A stretch of DNA of 51,952 nucleotides from Candidatus Hermodarchaeota archaeon (GTDB lineage Archaea > Asgardarchaeota > Lokiarchaeia > Sigyniarchaeales > SOKP01). Positions 44,453 to 51,952 of the stretch are shown here, one piece after another. The DNA lies in assembly GCA_048885925.1 (NCBI GenBank), contig JBHLLG010000018.1, positions 1 through 51,952 on the forward strand, written 5' to 3'. The notes below the pieces were generated by a model. The model was not told the origin of the DNA, searched no databases, and worked only from the letters and a program-made list of their open reading frames with translations. Within the stretch, counting starts at the first letter, position 1. Each line of letters opens with the position of its first letter. Made by a program: the position numbers and the translations under genes.

Positions 44453-47146
44453 TTACTCTTTTTTTCCTTCAATTGCAGCTTGAGCAGCAGCAATTCTCGC
44501 AACTGGAATTCTAAATGGAGAACAAGAAACATAATCCAAACCAATAGAATGGGCAAATGTGATAGATTGTGGTTCTCCTCCATGCTCGCCGCATATTCCT
44601 GTTTTTAAATCAGGTCGTGTTTTTTTGCCCAGCTCTAATGCCATTTTCATTAATTTTCCAACGCCATCTTGATCGAGAATTTCAAATGGATTATTTTCCA
44701 AAATTTCTTTATTAAGATAGATTGGTAAGAATTTGCCTTCAGCGTCATCACGAGAAAAACCAAAAGTCATCTGAGTTAAATCATTCGTCCCAAAACTAAA
44801 AAATTCTGCTTCTATAGCAATTTCATCAGCAGTTAAAGCTGCTCGGGGAATTTCTATCATTGTGCCAAATTTATATTCTAGATCGACATTATATTTTTGA
44901 ATTGTTTCCAACGCTACCTGCATTAATTGGGCTTTTACATACTGTAATTCAGAAATCATTCCTACTAAAGGAATCATAACTTCAGGTATTACATTAATAT
45001 CCTTCTTTTTAAGTTCACAGGCAGCTTGAAATATTGCTTTAACCTGCATCTCATTAATTTCGGGCCAAACAATACCCAATCGACAACCTCTAAGGCCCAT
45101 CATTGGATTTTCTTCCGATAAAGACCTAACCAAGGAAATTACTTGATTTTTTTCATCAATTTCATTGTCTAATGGACTTATATTTAATAATGATTTTGAT
45201 AATGCATTTGTCATTTTAAGCTCTTGATTTTCAAGCAACATGACAGATAATTCAGGTAAAAATTCATGTAAAGGTGGATCAAGCAATCTAATAGTAACTG
45301 GTTTTCCCTCCATAATTTTAAATATCTCAATGAAATCTCCTTTTTGCATTGGTAATATTTTGTCAAGAGCTTCCTGTCGTTCTTCTTTAGTTTTTGCCAT
45401 TATCATTTGCTGTACAATAGGCAATCGTTCTTGTGCCATGAACATATGTTCAGTTCTACATAATCCAATACCTTCTGCACCAAATTCTAATGCTTTTCGA
45501 GAATCGGTAGGTGTATCTGCATTTGCTCTAACTCCCAAAGTTTTAATTTTATCTGCTAGTTCCAATAATTCAAGAAATTCTCCCTTAATTTCAGGTTCAA
45601 CTAATGGGACTCTCCCTTCAATAATTCGTCCTGTTGTTCCGTCGATAGTAATCCAGTCACCCTCTCTTACAACCATTTCAGCAACCCTAAATTCTTTATG
45701 TTCTTCATCAATTTGCACATCTTGAGCACCAACAACTGCAGGTTTCCCCATTCCTCTCGCAACTACTGCTGCATGTGAAGTTTTTCCTCCAAATTGAGTT
45801 AAAACTCCACTTGATGCATAAAGTCCGTGAACATCTTCAGGTTTAGTTTGTGGGCGTACCAATATAATTTCTTCATGAGTTTGGTTTGCTAATTCTTCAG
45901 CTCTATCAGAATCAAATATAGCAATTCCTGACACTGCACCTGGAGATGCATTAATACCATGAGCTAATACGTGCACAATTGAATTCTCATCAATACTTTT
46001 AAATAATAATTTAGCAACTTTATTTGGATCGATACTCATTATTGCTTCTTCTTCTGTGATTAAACCTTCTTTAACCATGTCTACTGCTATTTTTACCGCA
46101 GCTGAGGGTGTTCTTTTCCCATTTCGCGTTTGTAAAATATTTAATTTTCCATCCTCGATTGTAAATTCAATATCTTGCATATCTCTATAGTGTTTTTCCA
46201 ATTTATCCATTGTTTTTAGCAAATCTTCATAAATTTCTGGAAACTCATCTTCCATTTCCTCTAACTTTTTTGGTGTTCTTATTCCAGCAACAACATCTTC
46301 GCCTTGTGCATTTGTTAAGTATTCCCCAAATTTGTTATTCTCTCCAGTAGAGGGATCTCTAGTAAATGCGACTCCAGTAGCAGATTTCCAACCTTTATTT
46401 CCGAATACCATTGTTTGAATATTGACAGCTGTCCCAAAATCAGGAATATTATTAATTCTTCTATATGTTATTGCTCTTCTATTGTTCCAAGATTTGAAAA
46501 CAGCTTCAATAGCCAGAAATAATTGCTTAAATGGATCTTGAGGAAATGGAGAACCAATCTCTTTCTCATACAACGCTTTATAGTCAGCTATCACTTTTTG
46601 TAAATCTGACACTTTTAAATCTGTATCTTGAGCGTCACGAGAGATTGATCTTTTATACTTATCAAGTAATCTCTCGAATTTTTCATCACCTAACCCCATT
46701 ACGACGTCTGAATACATTTGTAAAAATCTTCGATAACTGTCATAAGCAAAACGCGGATTATCTGTTTGTTCTGCCAATCCTTTAACAGATTCATCATTTA
46801 AACCTAAATTCAAAACAGTATCCATCATGCCAGGCATACTTTGCGGAGCTCCAGAACGAACACTAACAAGCAATGGATTTCTTTTATCACCAAATCTTTT
46901 TCCAGTTTTTTGTTCTAATCTTTTTAAAAATTCCTTTATTTTAGGTTTTAATTCTTCCATTATTTGAATTGGATTCCTAAAATATATTAAACATGCTTCA
47001 GTTGTTATTGTAAAACCAGGTGGAATACTAAGCCCTAGTTTAGTCATTTCTGCAAGATTTGCTCCCTTTCCACCTAGCAAATTTTTTAAGCTCTTATTCC
47101 CTTCATCAAAATCATAAACAAATTTCTTATTTTCAGAGAGTGTCAT
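44453..47146 (-). CDS. ppdK: Pyruvate, phosphate dikinase
   Basis: LLGGKGANLAEM, PLLVSVRSGA, GGKTSHAAVVARG (phospho-His), GIGLCRTEHMF, FSFGTNDLTQ, GICGEHGG. Confidence 0.97.
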   Translation of the reverse strand: MTLSENKKFVYDFDEGNKSLKNLLGGKGANLAEMTKLGLSIPPGFTITTEACLIYFRNPIQIMEELKPKIKEFLKRLEQKTGKRFGDKRNPLLVSVRSGAPQSMPGMMDTVLNLGLNDESVKGLAEQTDNPRFAYDSYRRFLQMYSDVVMGLGDEKFERLLDKYKRSISRDAQDTDLKVSDLQKVIADYKALYEKEIGSPFPQDPFKQLFLAIEAVFKSWNNRRAITYRRINNIPDFGTAVNIQTMVFGNKGWKSATGVAFTRDPSTGENNKFGEYLTNAQGEDVVAGIRTPKKLEEMEDEFPEIYEDLLKTMDKLEKHYRDMQDIEFTIEDGKLNILQTRNGKRTPSAAVKIAVDMVKEGLITEEEAIMSIDPNKVAKLLFKSIDENSIVHVLAHGINASPGAVSGIAIFDSDRAEELANQTHEEIILVRPQTKPEDVHGLYASSGVLTQFGGKTSHAAVVARGMGKPAVVGAQDVQIDEEHKEFRVAEMVVREGDWITIDGTTGRIIEGRVPLVEPEIKGEFLELLELADKIKTLGVRANADTPTDSRKALEFGAEGIGLCRTEHMFMAQERLPIVQQMIMAKTKEERQEALDKILPMQKGDFIEIFKIMEGKPVTIRLLDPPLHEFLPELSVMLLENQELKMTNALSKSLLNISPLDNEIDEKNQVISLVRSLSEENPMMGLRGCRLGIVWPEINEMQVKAIFQAACELKKKDINVIPEVMIPLVGMISELQYVKAQLMQVALETIQKYNVDLEYKFGTMIEIPRAALTADEIAIEAEFFSFGTNDLTQMTFGFSRDDAEGKFLPIYLNKEILENNPFEILDQDGVGKLMKMALELGKKTRPDLKTGICGEHGGEPQSITFAHSIGLDYVSCSPFRIPVARIAAAQAAIEGKKE

Positions 47147-47318
47147 TTTAATTAACCTAATTTACTTTAATCTAAACTTTTAACTAAGAATAAGACAATA
47201 AATTTACTTTTTAAATTTTTTGTAAATAGAAACTCTAGTAATTTAATTATTTTAATATCTATTAAGAAATAAAATTTACGAGAAGTAAAAAGACTAATTA
47301 TAGATATTTCTTTAATAC

Positions 47319-48122
47319 TTATTTAAATTCTTTTAAAAGGTCCCAGATTCCATTTATTATAAAATCTGGTTTATAATCACTTTCATTTATCATTTCCAAG
47401 GTCATTTCTCCGGATAATACACAACATGTAGTAACTTCGGCATTTATTCCCATTATAATATCAGTATATAACCGATCTCCGAACATTACAGCATCTTTGG
47501 GAGAAATATTTAAAGATTTCAACTTAAATAATAGCATTTCTTTATTAGGTTTACCAAAAACTTTAGGCATTCTTTCTGTTGCTTTGAATAAAAGAGCAGC
47601 AATCCCTCCCGCATCAGGAATATAACCGTTTTCCGTAGGGCATCTATTATCCAAATGAGTGGCAATATAAGGGAAATCTTTTCTTAGTAGTAATTTAGTT
47701 GCTTTAGCAAGTTTTTCATAGGTTAATTCTTTATCAAAAGCAAGTACTAAAATTTCAGGATCTTTATCTGTTAATTCAAAACCTTCTTTTTTGAACTCTT
47801 TTTTCAATGATGTTGTTCCAAGTAAAAAGATTTTTTTGAATTTATTTTCTTTTAAATAATCTATTGTTGGATGCTGTGATAATATAATATTATCACGATT
47901 AATGTTTAAATTAAAATTTTTTAATTTCTCAACATATTCACTTGTAGAAATACTTGAATTGTTAGAAAGAAAATAAAAATATTTTCTTTTTTTTCTCAAT
48001 AACTCAATTAATTCTTTTACTCCCTCAAATAGTCTATTTCCAAGATAAATTGTTCCATCTAAATCAAAGAAATAAACTTGCTTAGTTGTTAATTCAAATA
48101 AGTCTTTTTTTTGATAAGACAT
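47319..48122 (-). CDS. HAD-superfamily IIA hydrolase (NagD-like)
   Basis: FDLDGTIY, LSNNS, FGKP, MFGDRLYTDI; ATG 48122 preferred. Confidence 0.9.
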   Translation of the reverse strand: MSYQKKDLFELTTKQVYFFDLDGTIYLGNRLFEGVKELIELLRKKRKYFYFLSNNSSISTSEYVEKLKNFNLNINRDNIILSQHPTIDYLKENKFKKIFLLGTTSLKKEFKKEGFELTDKDPEILVLAFDKELTYEKLAKATKLLLRKDFPYIATHLDNRCPTENGYIPDAGGIAALLFKATERMPKVFGKPNKEMLLFKLKSLNISPKDAVMFGDRLYTDIIMGINAEVTTCCVLSGEMTLEMINESDYKPDFIINGIWDLLKEFK

Positions 48123-48188
48123 ATCAGTTTTTAAAAAATAGTTGAGATACAATAAAAAAGAAAAAAAAGTAAATAAATTTTCTTTATT

Positions 48189-48611
48189 TTAATAGAATTC
48201 AGTTTCTATGGTGGTTGTACTATTAACAAGTTCCATTGCTGCCCTTGTAGCTTTTAAAATTTTAGCCATATCGCCTTTGAGTCTAAACTTACCAGCGAGT
48301 AATCCTCGGATTGGATCTAATTCTTTCTTTAAAACCTGCAACCATGCATCATAGGGCCCTGCCCATTCATATGCAGCCTCCATTTCTTCTCCCTCTTTTA
48401 AAACTTTAGCATCTGTACACTCACCATGATATAAACCTACAAACATCCTTATTTTATGATCTAAATTACCAGCAGGCTCAACAATAAAAATAAAATCTCC
48501 TTCCCATCCAATAGGAGGAAAACCTTCGGGTCCTGCGGCATCTCGATAGTTTTCGTTTTCATTAACTGCTTTTTTATAGGCATCTGCCCATTCTTGAGTA
48601 CCAAATTTCAT
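48189..48611 (-). CDS. SCP2 sterol/lipid carrier-like protein
   Basis: FGTQEWA...VNENENYR, LYHGEC, GPYDAW..VL..ELDPIRGLLAGKFRLKGDM. Confidence 0.8.
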   Translation of the reverse strand: MKFGTQEWADAYKKAVNENENYRDAAGPEGFPPIGWEGDFIFIVEPAGNLDHKIRMFVGLYHGECTDAKVLKEGEEMEAAYEWAGPYDAWLQVLKKELDPIRGLLAGKFRLKGDMAKILKATRAAMELVNSTTTIETEFY

Positions 48612-48744
48612 TATATCCCCTAAATTGAGTTTATTTATATTATATTTGTTTATTAGTTTTTTATTTTGCTATTTTATTTAATTAAGATTTCAATAAATAT
48701 TCTAGTTTTTAAAAAAAAATATGTTAATTTATATTAAAAGGTTT

Positions 48745-50454
48745 TTAAATTTCTCCTCTTTCCTTCATCTTAGTGATTTCTTCATCTCTCAGTTTTCTCT
48801 TAAAAAGTTTCATGGCTAAAGTTAATGGTAGATCATCCTTAAATTCCACAAATTTAGGTACTGCATACGGTTTTACTTTGTCCTTTAAATAATTGATTAT
48901 GTCCTGTTCAGAAACCTTTCCTTCATATTCCTTATTTAAAGATACAAATGCTTTCACCCTTTCACTCCCAGGACGCTCTGGATCTGGAATTCCAATTACA
49001 CCAGCAACACTAATAGCTGGATGTTCATGTAAAATATCATCAATAACTCTTGAATATACTTTATTTCCAGATACATTAATCATGTCTTTGATACGGTCTT
49101 CAATATAAAAATAACCATCTTCATCCATTCTTCCAATGTCGCCCATCCTAAGCCAACCTTCTTTGGTTAAACCTTTACCTGGTTTAGGCCAATAGCCTCT
49201 CATAACTTGCGGACCACGGACCCATATTTCACCTGATTCACCAAATGGAACTTCTTGTTCTGTTTCTGGATTGACAATTTTAATTTCTGTATCAGGTAAT
49301 GGTACTCCTACACCTAATTTCTTTTTGAGCATAAATCCTGTAACTTTTGAAAGGGGAGAAAAATTAACAGTTACAACAGCATTAGTTTCTGTGGCACCAT
49401 AGCCTTCCCCCATAGGAATACCCGTTCTCTTTTCAAATTGATCTGCAACTTCGGGAGGCATTGCTGCAGCTCCAGATATATACACAATTGGAAATTTAGG
49501 TATATCTAATTGAAGAAATCGCATATAATGAGCAGGAACACCAGCAACTAAAAAGGGACGATGTTTTTTTATTATTTCTACCATTCTTTTCATGTCTCTT
49601 GGATCCATTAAATATCCCTTAAGACCCCAAGAAATACCAATATGGATGGAAAAATGACCATATGCATGGAAAACTGGCACACATATCAAAGCTGCAGCTT
49701 TTCCTATAATTCCCGCTTTTATAGGATCTGCCATCCAATGTAGGAATTGAATTACGTTAGTAGTGATATTATAATGCGTAAGCATAGTTCCCTTTGGAAG
49801 ACCAGTAGTTCCACCAGTAAAAGGTAATAAAGCAAGGTCTTCAATGGGGTTAATTTTTACTGTTTTTTCAAGAGGCTCATAATCATTTATCAAATCTTCT
49901 AAAAGGTAATAATGTTCTGTTGAGATTTTCTTCATTTCAGGTAAATCATAGTCTGGAAAGAGTCTTGTTGGAGTATAAATAATATGATTAATATCATACT
50001 CCTTTTTTACTTCATTAACGCGTTCAATACGTCTATAGGAGCAGACAATTGTTTTAGCCTCGCTTTCTTTAATCTCATGAGTTAAGTCATCTGTTTTATG
50101 TAAAATGCTTAAAGGAACATGGATTGCTCCTATTTTCATTGCAGCATAATCTACAATAATAAATTCTTGGCAAGAGGGTAGAACCGTAGCTACTTTATCT
50201 CCTTTTTTCACTCCTAAATCAATAAATGCATTTGCTAGCTTATCAACTTTTAATTTCAAATCTTTATAGGTAATTTCTTCATCTAAATAAACACTGGCTA
50301 TATTATCCGGATATTTTGAAGCACTATCTTCAAGAAACTCATAAACATTAATTTTAGGATATGGTTCCATTGAATGTTTAAGCTTCCAAGGTCCTAAAGA
50401 ATAGGATTTTAACCAGGGTTTATCTGCATAAGTCTTTTTTATTAGTTCACCCAT
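48745..50454 (-). CDS. fadD: Long-chain fatty-acid--CoA ligase (ANL family)
   Basis: PFTGGTTGLPKG, EGYGATET, GEIWVRGPQVMRGYW, MGDIGRMDEDGYFYIEDRIKDMI. Confidence 0.88.
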   Translation of the reverse strand: MGELIKKTYADKPWLKSYSLGPWKLKHSMEPYPKINVYEFLEDSASKYPDNIASVYLDEEITYKDLKLKVDKLANAFIDLGVKKGDKVATVLPSCQEFIIVDYAAMKIGAIHVPLSILHKTDDLTHEIKESEAKTIVCSYRRIERVNEVKKEYDINHIIYTPTRLFPDYDLPEMKKISTEHYYLLEDLINDYEPLEKTVKINPIEDLALLPFTGGTTGLPKGTMLTHYNITTNVIQFLHWMADPIKAGIIGKAAALICVPVFHAYGHFSIHIGISWGLKGYLMDPRDMKRMVEIIKKHRPFLVAGVPAHYMRFLQLDIPKFPIVYISGAAAMPPEVADQFEKRTGIPMGEGYGATETNAVVTVNFSPLSKVTGFMLKKKLGVGVPLPDTEIKIVNPETEQEVPFGESGEIWVRGPQVMRGYWPKPGKGLTKEGWLRMGDIGRMDEDGYFYIEDRIKDMINVSGNKVYSRVIDDILHEHPAISVAGVIGIPDPERPGSERVKAFVSLNKEYEGKVSEQDIINYLKDKVKPYAVPKFVEFKDDLPLTLAMKLFKRKLRDEEITKMKERGEI

Positions 50455-50494
50455 TATTTACACCTATAATTGAATTTGATTCAAGAGTCCTTTA

Positions 50495-51952
50495 TTAAAA
50501 AATTAGATCAATACACCAATCTAATCCGAGTTCTTTAAGTTTTTCTTTAGTGGGTATACCATTTTTATCCCAACCTCGAAATTCATAGTAAGCGTCTAAA
50601 AGTGGATCTAAGTTAACTACTTGTCCTTTAGCTGGTCCTTCTGGCATTGGTTCATTTAATAGTCGTTCTGGAAGAGTGTCATCTTTTCTAGTCATCCCTT
50701 CTCTAATGTTGTAAACTCTAGTAAGATTAAAGAGTCTCTCCCCAGTTTTTCTGAAATCAGCTGCGGAATATTCATAACCCAAAAGCTTAGAAATTAGAGA
50801 TGCCCAATCATCAGCAGACAGAACTATTCCCATGAATTTACAGCCTCCTATAGCATCAAATATGCCAAATCCATCCTCTAAATCTTTGAGGATAAAGGTT
50901 TTTTCTGGCGATTCTTGAAGTGGATCACCGACATCCGCATCCTCAATAAGCATAAAAGGCATTGATAAAAATGCTGGACCCTCAATCCAGGCAGCCATAT
51001 GATCCCCGCCTCGAGGAGCTGTGGCATATGCCAATCCTGTTATTTTAGCAGCTCTACTATCATATGCAGGGAGTTCTAATCCTTTAACCTGCATTGCAAA
51101 CTTAATTGAGTCCTTACCAAGTTTATATGCCATATTTCGTGTCCCTTCAGCCAATAAATCACCAATTCCTTCTCTATTTCCTATTTTAGGTACAAGATCA
51201 ACAATTAAATCAGGATCACCAAAATTAATAGCTAATCCACCAGTGTCTTTTTCAGTTAAGATCCCCTTTTCATAACATTCCATAGCAAAAGCAATAGTAT
51301 TACCCGTAGAAATTGAATCTAATCCATATTCATTACAAAGAAAATGAGCAAGAGTTATTGCTTCTAAATTATCAATCCCACACATAGTACCAAATGTTCC
51401 TATTGACTCATATTCTGGACCCTCCCCTTTACTTTTATACTTTCCTTCTTTGATTTCAACAACTCGTCCACAAGCTATAGGACATGCAAAACAAGGCTTT
51501 CTCTCAATAAGGATGGTTTCATTAATTGCTGTTCCATTTATTTTATCCATATTAGGGAAAACTCCTGTTTGCCAATTCCTTGTTGGTAAACCTCCTTTAA
51601 CACCAACTAGATCAACCATAGTAGGTGTACCAAATACTTCAAGAGTCATTTTTAATAGACTTTGGTTAACCCAATCATATCTTTGTTTAGCTTCTGCTTT
51701 ATATTCTTCTGGATTTGCTACTTCAATTTTTGCATTTCCTTTAGAAGCTATAGCTTTTAATTTTTTAGCACCCATTACAGTCCCCATTCCACACCTTCCA
51801 GCTGCTCGTCCCCGATTAGGTTCATCACAGTCATTCATTACTGCAGCGAATTTAACCAGATTTTCTCCACCTATGCCAATACAAGCTACATTAAACTTCT
51901 CACCAAGCTCTTCTCTAATTAATTTTGTGGTATCCGATGTGTTTTTACCCCA
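50495..51952 (-). CDS. aor: Aldehyde:ferredoxin oxidoreductase family protein (W-pterin), 5'-truncated by the window
   Basis: Frame is open to the window end (WGKNTSDT...ACIGIGGENLVKFAAVMND); RAAGRCGMGTVMGAKKLKA, CFACPIAC, EGPEYES, GLDSISTG, YYEFRGWD. Confidence 0.93.
   Translation of the reverse strand, partial: WGKNTSDTTKLIREELGEKFNVACIGIGGENLVKFAAVMNDCDEPNRGRAAGRCGMGTVMGAKKLKAIASKGNAKIEVANPEEYKAEAKQRYDWVNQSLLKMTLEVFGTPTMVDLVGVKGGLPTRNWQTGVFPNMDKINGTAINETILIERKPCFACPIACGRVVEIKEGKYKSKGEGPEYESIGTFGTMCGIDNLEAITLAHFLCNEYGLDSISTGNTIAFAMECYEKGILTEKDTGGLAINFGDPDLIVDLVPKIGNREGIGDLLAEGTRNMAYKLGKDSIKFAMQVKGLELPAYDSRAAKITGLAYATAPRGGDHMAAWIEGPAFLSMPFMLIEDADVGDPLQESPEKTFILKDLEDGFGIFDAIGGCKFMGIVLSADDWASLISKLLGYEYSAADFRKTGERLFNLTRVYNIREGMTRKDDTLPERLLNEPMPEGPAKGQVVNLDPLLDAYYEFRGWDKNGIPTKEKLKELGLDWCIDLIF

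Noticed and set aside
44359-44583. 74-aa ORF between ppdK and tyrS
   Set aside because: It mostly overlaps the ppdK 3' end in another frame and runs through an AT-rich spacer; no motif.
1166-51275. Many short ORFs in the track overlapping long genes (e.g. 1166..1492, 10697..11110, 28738..29241, 37248..37757, 45240..45725)
   Set aside because: They lie antisense or out of frame within well-supported CDSs and show no motifs; they are shadow ORFs.
1-51952. tRNA/rRNA genes, IS elements, integrases, defence systems
   Set aside because: No GC-rich structured RNA segments, transposase/integrase motifs or terminal inverted repeats were seen by eye; tRNAscan-SE, Infernal and ISEScan would confirm.

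Overview
AT-rich archaeal chromosomal window, most consistent with an Asgard archaeon (Lokiarchaeia-like). This is inferred from archaeal RadA and TyrRS, split ADP-forming acyl-CoA synthetase, tungsten-type AOR, GGTGA/GGAGG Shine-Dalgarno sites and a dense set of eukaryote-signature-like proteins. About 38 CDSs; no tRNA, rRNA, CRISPR array or transposase was seen. Metabolic genes: histidine utilisation (hutU-hutH-hutI plus convergent formiminotransferase), ppdK, aspartokinase, PGI-like, comDE, P2A ATPase, and alcohol/aldehyde/acyl-CoA genes with two SCP2-like proteins. Best candidates for an undescribed system: (1) a 4-kb locus with an intact JAMM/MPN+ protease fused to alpha-SNAP-like TPRs, a twin C2HC (UBZ-like) zinc-finger protein and a convergent PCI-like protein; (2) a 1572-aa receptor-like membrane protein with a sequon-rich ectodomain and a cytoplasmic longin-like/winged-helix/MIT-like tail. 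Also notable: a Vps29-like protein keeping its metal ligands, RadA with an N-terminal Zn-finger and acidic extension, a CX8CX2C radical SAM enzyme, and a recurring intergenic palindrome TAGAATT-N4-AATTCTA. All domain calls are by eye from motifs; no database search was run.
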